Of a DNA stretch of 35,177 bases, positions 9,885 through 21,074 are shown in pieces (positions within the stretch are counted from its first letter, which is position 1; each line of letters opens with the position of its first letter). Below the pieces are notes generated by a model, which was given only the letters and a program-made list of their open reading frames with translations, did no database searches and had not been told where the DNA came from. The position numbers and the translations under genes are program-made. Origin of the DNA: Chrysochromulina tobinii (taxonomy: Eukaryota); contig JWZX01002947.1 in assembly GCA_001275005.1 (NCBI GenBank), positions 1 through 35,177 on the forward strand, written 5' to 3'.

Positions 9885-12800
9885 TCAACGGCCGTACGAG
9901 ACGGGCGGCACGTACTGTTGCTGAAGGTAGGGTGCCGGTGCGAGCTGATGTGGGAGCGTATGAGGCACCTGCCCCCCAAAGTAAAAGGGCGGTGCGCCTG
10001 CCGCCACCGCCGCGGCCATGGCCGCCGCTGCCGCCGGGTCATAGCCCGGCAGCGGCACACCGAGGCTCGACGGCGGCTGGAAGGCAGCGCTGCCCGCGCC
10101 TGGATAGTATCCGGGCACAGGGGCCTGCTGCGCCTGCTGCGCCTGCTGCGCCTGCTGCGCCTGCTGCGCCTGCTTGCTACCGGCCTTGCTGCCCGAGGGC
10201 GCCGCCGGCTGCGCTCGAGGAGGCTTGAGCTGCGACGGCAACGGCTGCGGCGGCGGCTGCGGTGGCTGCGGCGGCAACGGCTGCTGCGGCTGCTGCTGCT
10301 GCGGCGGCGGTTGGAAGGGCGGCGGAGCGTTCTTACTGGTAGGCCAGATGGGCTGAGGCTCACCATCACTCGAGTGGATCAGGTAGGGCGGGGGCGAGAC
10401 CCCTGGGGGGAGGAAGAGCTGGATCAACGGCTGCGGCTGCGGCTGCGGCGCGTTGGGCGGCCAGAGCACGGGGGGCCCCGATTGGAACCCACCGTGGAAT
10501 CCAAACTGGGGAGGCGGTTGGTTTCCAAATTGGGGAGGTGGTTGGTTTCCAAATTGGGGAGGCGGTTGGTTTCCAAATTGGGGAGACCCATAGGGAGCAT
10601 TCGGAGGGAGCGCGCCGTACTGGGCAGTCGGACGCGGCGCGCCGTACTGAGCCGCCGGCGACGGACCAAAGGGAGGCGGCGCGAAGTCTTGCGCTGGAGG
10701 GAGGCCGGGGTAGGCGCCCAAGACAGCGCCCAACGGCCGTGGCAAGCGCCCCTCGATGCCGGCGGCCACGGCGAGCTTCTGTTGCTGCTGCTGTGCCTTG
10801 CGCCCCACGGCGCCTGTGGGGGCGCCTGTGGGGAGCGCTGTGGGGGCAGCTGTGGGGAGCGCTGTGGGGAGCACCAGCGGCGGCTGCGGCTGCTGCGGCT
10901 GTGCCGCCGGCTTCGTGCGGGCGGGCCGAGGCAAGCCCTTCGCACCCATATTAGGCAAGCCCTTTGCTGCAGCGACGCCGGCGCCGGCCACGCCGCCGCC
11001 AGCCACGCCGCCGCCCACGTTCGTCTGCGGCGGTGGCACACCCATATTAGGCACGCCCTCGACGACGCCCGCCGGCGCCATGCTGGGCGCCTTGAGGATC
11101 GTCTTTCGGGGCTTGGGATTGCCTAATATGGGTGGCTCCTCGGCGCGGCCCTTCGGAGGCGCGGCGCTGCCGATCCGTGCCCGCGACGGCGCGCCGCTCG
11201 AGGGCGTCGGCGCCGCCGCGTGCAGCGCTGTGGTGGGCGCGACCGAGCCCGCTGCCTTGGCGTTGGGCAGCGCTGCGGTGGGCAGGTCGCGCGCTGCGGT
11301 GGGCAGGTCGCGAGTCGGCTTCGCACTGGACGTGGCCACACGGCCCCGCCGTGCCCCCGCCCCCCCCAACGGCGGATACCCGACGCCACTTGCGCGCAGC
11401 TCATCGACCTCCTTCTTGGCGGCATTCGCGCGGAAGTGCGACTGAATCACTGTGGCCGCAGCTGTCTCCCCCTCCAAGGGCGCTGTGGTGGGCGCGGGCG
11501 CGGCCACGCGCGTCGGCGACACCTTGCGCCCTCCGGCCTTGGCGCCGGCCTTGGCTGAAGGCGCGCCCACCACAGCGCCCTTTTTGGCGGGCGCGCCGGC
11601 CGCGCCGCCCTTGCCCTTTGGCGACACTCTCGTCGCGGCCGCAGCGCCCGCGTCGGCGGCGCCCGCGGCAGCACTGCCACTTTCATAGTCGACCTCGCTG
11701 GGCAGGTGCCCTGTGACCACGGCGCCCACGACGTCGCTGGGCAGGCGCCCTGTGACCGGCGGCGGCGCCTGCGACGAGCGCGGCGGCGGCGCGCCCCTCT
11801 CGTACCCGACGCCGCCCATCTCATCGACGGCGCGCATCGCCATGCCCACGACGGCGCTCAGCTGCAGCAGCTGCTGGTCGCGGCTCAGGTGCGTGTAGCG
11901 CTCGTCGCCGTACAGCCCGTTCGTCTCGAGCGCCACGCGCCCGTGCCGAGGCGCCGTCGTGGGCGCGCCGAGGGCATGCCCATAATAGGCAGGTGGTTCC
12001 GCGAGCGCCGAGCTCGCGCACGCGCCGTCGTGGGCGCCGTCGGCGCCCTGGGGCAGCCCGACGCGCACGGGCGCGCCGTCGTGGGCGCCCGCGAGCACGG
12101 CAGGGGAGTCGGCACGCTGGCCGAGCAGGCTGTGCAGCTGCCCAAAGCCGCCCGAAAAGTCCGCAGCCGCGGCCTTGCTGTGGGTGACGAAACCCGTCGC
12201 CGGGTTCCCACTGGCCGCCGCGCCGTGCCGGGCGCCACTCGCCGCCGGCAGAGCGCCGGCGCTCAGGACGGCGCTGCCGATCGGCAGGTTGCTCGAGCTC
12301 GGCAGATTGCTCGAGATCGGCAGGTCGCTCGAGTGGGCCGCAAAGGCGTTGGTCGCTTGCTGGCGCCTCTCGAGGCGCGCGAGGGATGAGGGCGTACGCA
12401 GCCGACCGCCCGAGTTGGTGGACGACACGCCACTCGCGTCGTCCACGGCCGCGCGTTGCATCAGGCCCGCTGGGAACGGCAAGGCCTCCCCACCGGTAGG
12501 GTCGTCATCTTGCCACGCTTGACGCTGGCGCATGCCGCCGGCCGCGCCCGCCGTCGCCGCCGTCGCGCTGCCGCCCTCCGCGGAGAGTAGCGGCGGCGGC
12601 GCGAGGGCGGTGCCAGCGCCACCATATTGGAACGCCCCCGCCGCGTAGCCGCCACCCAAGCCGCCGCTCAAGCCGGCGCCCAAGCCGGCGCCCAAGCCGC
12701 CGCCTCGGCTCGCGTGGCTGTGAGCACCTAAGCTCGCAGCCGGCGGCCGCCTGTGCCCAACGCCCGCGACGACGCTCCCCTCGAGCAGCCGCTGTGGAGG

Positions 12801-14726
12801 GGGCGGCGCACGCAACGGCTCCGCGGGCATCGGAAGGGCGCCGTCGAGGGCGAGGCGCTGCCCGTTGAGGTACGAGGCGGTCGGCAGCGGCGCGGGCGGC
12901 GCGGGCAGAGGCACCGGCCCGGCGTACGCGCCGTACACGTCGACCTGTGGCGAAGCCGAGGGCGCTGTGGTGAGCACTTGCATGCAAGGCAGGTCATCAG
13001 TGGCAATCAGCGTACCTGTGGGGAAGCCGAGGGCGGCGCGTTGAGCACGTTGCAGTTGCATCCGAGGGTGGTCGGTAGCGCGCCGCCAGCGCTGCCCTGG
13101 GAGGCGCGCCGTAGGGGCTTCGCGCGCTCAGCGTTGGCTCCGGGCTCGACGCCGCTCAAGTCGGGCTCCGATGCCGGCGGGAGCGAGACGGCGGCCGCGT
13201 GCGGCTGCGCATACGCCGTGCTGATCGGCAGAGGGCCGGTGCTCGGGAGCGCCGCGCTGTCGTGGGCGCCCTTGGCGCCGCCACTGCTCCGCCGTCCATC
13301 GCGGCGTGCGTGGTGGCCGCGCGCCACCGACTGGAGTTTCATCGCGGCGAGCTGCTCCTCTTCAGAGTAAAAGTCGTCCTCATCCGCGCCGGAGGCGTCT
13401 GCTCCGTCGCGGCGCGAGCGGCGCGACGCGCTCACGGACGGCTCCTCGGGCACCACCTGATGAGGGAGGCAATCAGCGGTCATCAGTGGTCATCAGAGGT
13501 CATCAGAGACGGCTCTTCGGGCACACACCTGATGAGGCCAGCAATCAGTCGCACTCAGCAGTCAATTCAATCACAAGGCAATCATCGCTCCTCGGGCACT
13601 ACCTGCGAGCTCGAGAGCTCGAACGAAGGGACGAAACGGTCCATGCAATCAGAGGTCATCAGCGGTCATCAGAAGTCATCAGCGGTCATCAGCGGTCATC
13701 CACCTGCAAGCTCGAGAGCTCGGACGAAGGGACGAAGCGAGGGACGCCGCGCTCGCTGCCCTCGCTGCCTCCGCCGAGGTCTTCCTCCGCGTCCGAGGGC
13801 GTGTCGTACTCCTGGTACGAAAACTTATCCGACTCGGAACCTCCCTCGCCCCCTGCAGACTGACCGGCCCTCGAGCGCAACGGCGACGGAGCCCCGCCTG
13901 AGGGCGCCGTGGCGGGCGAGGAGGCGCCGCTCATGGCGTGCCACCACGCGCTCTGCTGCACCGCGGAGAGCGTCGCGCGCTGCGCCACGTCCACCACGAA
14001 GACGGTGTCGAACAGAGCGTTCAGTGGCGTTGAGAACCAATCGACGCGCTGCCACTGGCCCAACGCCTTGTGGCCATCGGCCTCGAAAGGGAGCTTGGCG
14101 GTGAGCATGGTGTACAGGACGACGCCGAGCGACCAGACGTCGGCGGGCGCCCCCGCGTACGGCGCGCCGCTCGACACCTCGGGCGCCATGTACTTGCCCG
14201 CGCCCACCTGCTCGGGGGGCACCTGTATGCCGATGCATGAGTGCGAAAAGTCGCACACGACCGCGCGCCCTGGACGGCCGTCGTCGTCGTCGGCGCTGCC
14301 CTCCTGAAGCAGCACGTTCTGCGGCTTGAGATCGAGGTGGGCGATCCCGCACGCGTGCATGTGCGCCACGCCCGTGACCACGTCGCGCCACACGCCAAAG
14401 TTGAAGCGCTCGTCCCCTGCTGCGCGCCCCTGCTGAATGAGGCGAATGAGGTCGCCGCCGCCGCAGAATTCGAGCACGAGCGAGTCGATGCCGCGCTCGT
14501 CGGGCACCACCTCGAGGAGCCGGACGACGTTCTCGTGCTCGCCGAGCTTGTGCAGCACGGCGACCTCGTTCGCCGCCTTGATCTTGTCGAGCTCGGCGCC
14601 CCCCTCGGAGAGGAACTGCTTGATGGCGACGGCGTCGCCAGTCTGGTCGGAGGTGGCCAGGTAGACCTTGGCGAATCCGCCCTCGCCAATCTCCTCCACG
14701 ACGCTGTAGCCAGCGAAGGAGGGCAT
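9885..14726 (-). CDS. CAMK-group-like Ser/Thr kinase with IQ motifs and long low-complexity tail; exons 14726-13704, 13456-13016, 12944-9885
   Basis: GEGGFAKV, VAIK, HLDLKPQN, CDFS, YMAPE, DVWSLG. IQ-like motifs KLQSVARGHHARR and VIQSHFRANAAKK. Two phase-0 GT-AG introns join three ORFs. Additional introns in the last exon cannot be excluded. Confidence 0.75.
12945..13015 (-). other. 71-nt intron whose 3' half copies the upstream exon end
   Basis: CAG|GTACGCTGATTGCCACTGATGACC...GCCCTCGGCTTCGCCACAG|GTC; restores frame PPSASPQ|VDVY. Confidence 0.8.
13457..13703 (-). other. 247-nt intron with CTGATGACC repeats and an internal exon-junction copy
   Basis: CAG|GTGGATGACCGCTGATG...CTGATTGCCTCCCTCATCAG|GTG; restores frame SSLQ|VVPEEP. 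Confidence 0.8.
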
Positions 14727-15151
14727 GGATGGGCCGCCTCTGTGCCTTGAAGAGGCAATGAACACAGGGGAGAAGTAACCGTCAACCGTTCAGCCCAACG
14801 GTCACACACTATCGCTCACACTGTTCACACAGTGAGGCTCAGAGTTCGAGTCTGTGAGAAGGGCTGAGGCGACGGCCGACCATGCGGCCGACTGTGCAAG
14901 TGCTTAACTGGGTATATTGTTGCGGGAGCGCAGATCCCCGCTGTTAAGTTCTAAGTTGTTACACGCTGCATTGACGATTGAGACATGAGAGATTCAGATT
15001 GACACGCTAATGACACGCTGACGGACCCTACTGTCTTGCTTATCCGGATACGTAAACTCTGAAGTGAAAAGTCACTTCTGTGCGCACCCTCGATACACGT
15101 ACGATCTGTCAATCGACGCTTGTGACGTTGTGAGCAGCGCCCGCGCCCCAA

Positions 15152-15210
15152 GTGTGCCATTGAAAAGTAACCGGCCATTGCTGGCCTCCGCCGGTGTGCC
15201 ATTGAAAAGT
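15152..15210. repeat. 17-nt direct repeat in intergenic/3' region
   Basis: GTGTGCCATTGAAAAGT at 15152-15168 and 15194-15210. Confidence 0.85.
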
Positions 15211-15263
15211 TACGCGGCCGAGGTACGGGATGGGAGTCCACCCAAAGAAGAGCCCCCAAGGCC

Positions 15264-15874
15264 CTAGGCCTGGCGCTGTGCCATTTCTTGCAAGAGGCGC
15301 TCTGCAGTCGCGACACTCCTTTCGTCGTTGTTGAGTGCGATCGCCTTCAGGCAGTGCTCCTTGGCTGCGAGCACGGCACTCACAGGCATGGAGCTTTGCA
15401 GTCCCTCGGCCGCGGCGGCTGCCCGAGCCCCTCTGCGAGACAGAGCAACGCGAGATTGACGTGCGCGGCGGAAAGCGCCCGGCACTCCAGCGCTCTCTCG
15501 AAGCTCTTCCTTGCAGCCGAGCGATCACGGCGCTGCACATACAGGATACCCATGTTAACCAGCACCTCAGAAAAGGTATGCGGAGGAGCGCCGTGCTCCT
15601 CGGCTGCCCTGACAAAGACATCGTAGGCTTCCAGAGCGCCGTTTGTGTCGCCAGCGCGCTGTCTGGCCACGCCAAGATGAAATTGCGACAGAAGCGAAGA
15701 ACTCTCTGTGAAGGTGCTAAACCCCAAGTCGTCACTCGGGAGGTCTCTGTCCTGCAAGCAGGCAGCACAACCACGAGCCATACCGACATCCACAGCAAGC
15801 CGCGGCTGGGGGCAGGTTCGCCAGCTCAGCGACCAGGCTGCTGCGGAGTGGACCGCGAGGACGATGGCGGCCAT
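15264..15874 (-). CDS. TPR-like helical-repeat protein with apparent 1-nt frameshift near 15430
   Basis: TPR-like segments FHLGVARQRAGDTNGALEAY, LVNMGILYVQRRDRSAARKSFERAL and AAHVNLALL. The natural continuation (AAKEHCLKAIALNND...AERLL) lies in the adjacent frame. Possible N-terminal signal peptide. Confidence 0.6.
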
Positions 15875-16122
15875 CGAATAATCAAGAGCGTGTGCGTCGG
15901 GAGTTGTGAAGAGAAGACTGCGTACGATGGTGCCGTTGGAAGCGAGTGAAGCGTACTTGTACCGAAACCTCTGTTCAGCTGTGTTCGCGCGCCGTCGTAG
16001 TGTTCACAGGATCACACCGCATTGCCGCTTTACGCACTACGGGTAGCCGCTCACGGCGCTGTCCAGCGTCGCCACCGAAGCCAGCTCAGCTCAATCCGCG
16101 CGACACCGGCCGCGCAGGCGCG

Positions 16123-17259
16123 ATGACGAGCGCTGGCTCCGACCTGGACCGGCAAATCGAGCAGCTGAAACGCTGCGAGTACATCAAGGAGGCGGAGGTC
16201 AAATCCCTCTGCGCAAAGGCGCGTGAGATCCTCGTTGAGGAGAGCAATGTGCAGCGCGTGGACGCGCCTGTGACGGTGCGTGCCTGGCACGCGCCCGGAC
16301 CCACGCGCTCCCATGGGCGCGCCGCCGGCCCCGCCGACCAGCCCTGGCCCACGCGTTGCTGTCGCCCTGTGTGCCCGGCCCGGCAAGCTGCCTCCGAGAC
16401 TGTGCTGTGGCCTGGTGTCCACGCTCTGGGCGAGACCCCCCTGCGCTCCTTGCTGAGCCTTGCCCGTGCCGCCTGCCCGCAGATCTGCGGCGACATCCAC
16501 GGCCAATTCTATGACCTGATGGAGCTCTTCAAGGTGGGAGGTGACTTGCCAGACACCAACTACCTGTTCATGGGCGACTTCGTCGACCGCGGCTTCTACT
16601 CGGTCGAGACGTTTCTGCTGCTGCTCGCGCTCAAGGTGCGGTACCCGGACCGCATCACGCTCATCCGTGGCAACCACGAGAGCCGCCAGATCACGCAGGT
16701 CTACGGCTTCTACGACGAGTGCCTGCGCAAGTACGGCTCCGTCAACGTGTGGCGCTACTGCACCGAGATCTTCGACTACCTGTCGCTCTCCTCGATCATC
16801 GAGGACAAGATCTTCTGCGTGCACGGTGGCCTCTCGCCCTCGATCAACACGCTCGACCAGATCCGCGTCATCGACCGCAAGCAGGAGGTGCCGCACGACG
16901 GCGCCATGTGCGACCTCATGTGGTCCGACCCGGAGGACATTGACGGCTGGGGTCTCTCGCCTCGAGGCGCCGGGTACCTGTTCGGCGGCGACGTGGTCAC
17001 GCAGTTCAATACCACCAACAACATCGACCTGATCGCGCGCGCGCACCAGCTGGTGATGGAGGGCTACAAGCACATGTTTACCGGCCAGACCCTCGTGACT
17101 GTTTGGTCGGCTCCCAATTACTGCTACCGGTGCGGCAACGTGGCGGCGATCCTCGAGCTCGATGAGCAGCTCCAGAAGAACTACAAGATCTTCGAGGCCG
17201 CGCCGCAGGAGGCGCGCGGTGTGCCTGCCAAAAAGCCCGCGCCCGACTACTTTTTGTAG
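16123..17259 (+). CDS. PPP4C: Serine/threonine protein phosphatase 4 catalytic subunit; exons 16123-16275, 16483-17259
   Basis: [43 protein letters not shown] and C-terminal DYFL. GT-AG intron 16276-16482 restores DAPVT|ICGD. Confidence 0.95.
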   Translation: MTSAGSDLDRQIEQLKRCEYIKEAEVKSLCAKAREILVEESNVQRVDAPVTVRAWHAPGPTRSHGRAAGPADQPWPTRCCRPVCPARQAASETVLWPGVHALGETPLRSLLSLARAACPQICGDIHGQFYDLMELFKVGGDLPDTNYLFMGDFVDRGFYSVETFLLLLALKVRYPDRITLIRGNHESRQITQVYGFYDECLRKYGSVNVWRYCTEIFDYLSLSSIIEDKIFCVHGGLSPSINTLDQIRVIDRKQEVPHDGAMCDLMWSDPEDIDGWGLSPRGAGYLFGGDVVTQFNTTNNIDLIARAHQLVMEGYKHMFTGQTLVTVWSAPNYCYRCGNVAAILELDEQLQKNYKIFEAAPQEARGVPAKKPAPDYFL

Positions 17260-17814
17260 AGCGAGCTCCGAGGCCCCTGTGCTCGCGACGGCGCGCCGAG
17301 CCTCTCCGCACGCGCCGCGCTGGCACTGTGAAGGAGGCGCTGAGAGCGCGCTGTGCTGAGCACTGTGAAGGAGGCGCTCGTCCTCCCCAGAGCGCGCCGT
17401 GCGGCGGCTGTGCCGAGAGGAGGAGGGGATGCCGAGCCACAGCGGAGACGACTACCTTCAGGCGGCGCGTTCGCGTGTCCCTATCGCGAGGACGCATAAA
17501 GCAGGCACGAGACTCTCGATGAAGACAAATAACAGATCCGTAAACTGTCGCATGCGGCATGATGCAGGTCGCGCATACAGTGTAGTCAATTCGCATACAC
17601 TTTTAAATTCGAGTTCCAATCAATCACACGGGAAACTTGCAAAGATGCAAACGAAGTCGCTGTTGGCGCACTCACTGGAGTGGTCCTTGGAAGCGCCGCC
17701 AATCAGCTGCCAATCCATCGGTCGACGCAGGCGCGTTTGGCCTTCTTCCGTCGCGTGGCCGCTCGACTCCCGGCGGAATCTGAGTGACGTCCACACCCTG
17801 CTCGCCCCGCAGAA

Positions 17815-20800
17815 ATGGGCTGCACGTGCTCCCAGCCCAACGAGGCCGGTGCTCGCATGGCGGCCACTTCCAGCACCAAATTCTTCCATGGACAGAAGCG
17901 GAAGATGAGCAGAACACGCCGCATCGCCGTGCGGTGCGTGCAAGCACCACTCTGTGCCGCTAACCGCGGACCGCCCGCGGCGCACCCGACCCGGTGGCAG
18001 CTGCCTCACTGCGATGCTTGCTGAGCCTGCTGCGCTCGTGCAGGGTGGAGACCAACGATGATATGTCCTATGAGGATATGCACATGGAGGCGGTCTCTAA
18101 AACGGATGAAGAGCGCGCATTCATCACAAAGGCCACCAAGAAGAACGAGATCTTCGAGCAGTATGCACCGCCAGCGCGCGCAAAGCACGCATCACCACAC
18201 CTTCCCTGGTGCTCTGCAACACCACAACTACACTCACGCGGCTTTTGCGGCGGCTGCCGTCTCTCGCGTGCGCAGTCTGACGGATGATCAGGTCTCCTTC
18301 ATGATCCGTGGATTCACGAGGCTCGAAATCCCAGAGGGTGAGCTTGTAATCTCCCAGGGTGAGGCGGGCGACCACTTCTACATCGTCGTGAGCGGTCGTT
18401 ACGAGGCGTCGCTCTCGCAGCTCAGCGGTGAGGTCGTGGCCGAGTACGGCGGTGCCGATTCCTTTGGCGAGCTCGCGCTGCTGTACAATGCGCCGCGTGC
18501 CGCCACGATCAGGTGCACCGCAGGCGCGCCGGGCGGGCTGGCGAGCGGGCTACATGGCGGGGTGCTCTGGGCACTCGAGCGCAAGCGCTTTCGCCACGTG
18601 ATGGTTCACACGAACGCGTCCTCGCTCGCGTCGAAAGCCGAGCACTTCCTCAAGAGCGTGCCCATGCTCTCCGCCCTTACAGACGCGCAGGTGGGATGGG
18701 AGGCGCCCTCTCTGAGTGCTATGCCTACTTGATGCATGCCTCTCTGAGTGCTCTCGCCCTCCCTCCACAATGATTGCGGATGGGCCTCTCTGAGTGCTCT
18801 CTGATAGAACAGATGGAACGCGGATGGCCCTCTCTGAGTGCTCTCGCCTCCCTCCACAATGCACAGCGGCACGCTCTCGCGGATGTGATGGACGAGGTTC
18901 GTTACTCCGACGGCGAGTACCTGGTCACGATGGGTGAGGTGGCGGACGCGCTCTTCTTCATCAAGTCGGGCGAGGTACGCTGCTCGACCTGATTGCATGC
19001 TGATTGCCTCCCTCATCTCGAGCGTTCCGCGCTCTTCTTCATCAAGTCGGGCGAGGTGCATGCGCATGTGTAGCGCGTGTGTGGCACACCACCAAGCGCC
19101 ACACATACACATATGCCCCGCGAGCCGCGAGCGACTGTTCTACCACAGACTGATCAGAACACTGATTCTGCCGCTGATTGCGACCAGGTGGCATGCCATC
19201 AAGGCCGAGCTTCACGTGCGGGCGACATACTGCGCATGAAGACTGGGGACGTCTTCGGCGAGTCGTTCCTCGAGCCGACGGCAGAGGACGCGGTGCGCAA
19301 GGCGAACGTGGTGGCGGTCGGGCCGGTGACGGTGCTCAGGCTGACGGCGATGGCGTTCAGGGAGCAGCTGGGCAACTTGCAGGTCAGATGACCGCCAAAG
19401 ATGGTCGCTGATGGCATCTCATTCTGACTGATAGAGGCTGTGATAGCCACTGATTGAGACCGAGAGTGCCTCTGCTCAACGCGCGCTCGTGAGTGCTACC
19501 TGATACAGGAAGTCGTCAACCAGAACTTCAAGCGCAAGGTTCTCGAGGGGGTCGAGATCGAACACGTCAAACTCCTCGACCAACTGTCGCACGACCAGCA
19601 GGGTGACTTTCTCAACAAGCTGCAGGAGAAGATCATCCCCCCCGGCGGCCGATGCATCACGCAGGGCAACGAGAACGACACCTTCTTCGTCATCAAGACG
19701 GGTGTGGCGCGCGTGCTCCTCGACCGTGGCATCCAGGGCATGTGCAGCGGGCCGCTCGAGATTGCGACCCTCACCACGGGTAAGTTCTTCGGCGAGCGGG
19801 CGCTGCTCAAGTCGGAGCCGGCCTCGGCCACCATCCAGGCCGCCGGAGACCAGCCCCTAGTGTGCTACACGTGCGACCGCGACACATTCACCGCGGTACT
19901 CGGCCCACTCCAATCGCTCATCGATAAGGAGATGCAGAAGCGCGACAAGGCGCTCAATCGCCCCGACGCTCCCAAGTTTGGCGATTTGGAGCTTCGACGG
20001 ATCTTGGGCGTGGGTACGTTTGGGCGTGTGAAGCTTGTGGTGCACAAGAAGACGGGCGAGACGTATGCGCTCAAATGCATGCGTAAGGCACAGGTAGTCG
20101 CCATGAGGCAGCAGGCGCACGTGCTATTGGAGAAGGAGATTCTGTCGAGGATGGAGCATCCGTTCATCCTCAAGCTCGTGCAGACCTACCAGGTGAGTGC
20201 CGATTACTTCTCCAGCACACTCCCATTGCCATGCAACTGATTGAACCTAAGATTGAACCTAAGATTGAACCAGTGATCTTGTGTGATTGAACGCCAGCAC
20301 TGACCTTATGGCTGCCGCTGTGTGAGTGTGCGCCAGGACGAGGGAGAGCTCTACATGCTCGAAGAGCTCGCCCTGGGTGGCGAGCTCTTCTCCGTGCTCG
20401 CGAAGCGCGCGCCGCTCTTCGATGGGTACGCCCAATTCTACATTGCGTCGGTCGTCTCGATGTTCTCGTACATGCACTCGCTCAGGGTCGTCTACCGCGA
20501 TCTCAAGCCCGAGAACTTGCTCCTCGATGCACAGGGCTACCTCAAACTTGTGGATTTTGGCTTTGCGAAGGTCCTCGTCGACCGCACGTGGACGCTCTGC
20601 GGCACGCCCGAGTATCTCGCGCCCGAGATCGTCCTCAACAAGGGACACGGATTCGCGGCCGACTGGTGGTGCGTCGGCATCCTCGCGTTCGAGTGCCTAA
20701 CGGGTACCACCCCCTTTGTCTCAAGCGACCCGATGGAGGCCTACCGAAAGATCGTCAAGGGCAGGGTGCCCTGGCCGGCCCAGCTCACGACGAATGCGCG

Positions 20801-21074
20801 CGACTTCATCGACCGGTTGCTGTGCGTGGATCCCTCCCACCGGCTCGGCTCGTTCAAGGGGGGCTCGAAGGATGTGAGGAATCACGGCTGGTTCGACGGC
20901 CTCGACTTCAAAAGCCTCGAGGCGAAACAGCTCGCAGCGCCCTACGTGCCGAAAATCAAGCACGCCCTCGACGACTCCAACTTCGACACGTACGTGGATG
21001 AGGGCGTCTTGGATTATCCGCAGGAGGACTTCCCCAGGGACATGTTCGAGGAGTTTGCGTATGAGTGGGTCTGA
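17815..21074 (+). CDS. Cyclic-nucleotide-regulated AGC kinase (three CNB domains + PKA/PKG-type catalytic domain); exons 17815-17933, 18044-18160, 18276-18690, 18867-18974, 19188-19382, 19509-20192, 20337-21074
   Basis: MGCTCS acylation motif and RRIAV pseudosubstrate-like motif. CNB cassettes FGELALLYNAPRAATI, FGESFL..RKANV and FGERALLKSEPASATI. Kinase motifs GVGTFGRV, YRDLKPEN, DFG, RTWTLCGTPEYLAPE and DDSNFDTY. Six GT-AG introns each restore the frame. Confidence 0.88.
18691..18866 (+). other. 176-nt intron built of internal repeats
   Basis: CCTCTCTGAGTGCT occurs four times and the pre-acceptor CTCCCTCCACAATG twice; restores LTDAQ|RHALAD. Confidence 0.8.
18975..19187 (+). other. 213-nt intron containing an exact 28-nt copy of the upstream exon end
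   Basis: 18947-18974 equals 19028-19055; restores IKSGE|VACHQ. Confidence 0.82.

Noticed and set aside
9723..13370. Plus-strand ORFs antisense to the kinase tail
   Set aside because: Shadow ORFs of GC-rich low-complexity coding sequence with no domain signal.
13457..13703. Intronic box C/D snoRNA (TGATGA and CTGA motifs)
   Set aside because: The motifs are a by-product of the tandem CTGATGACC repeat. No terminal stem or recognisable rRNA guide was seen, though a covariance search was not possible.
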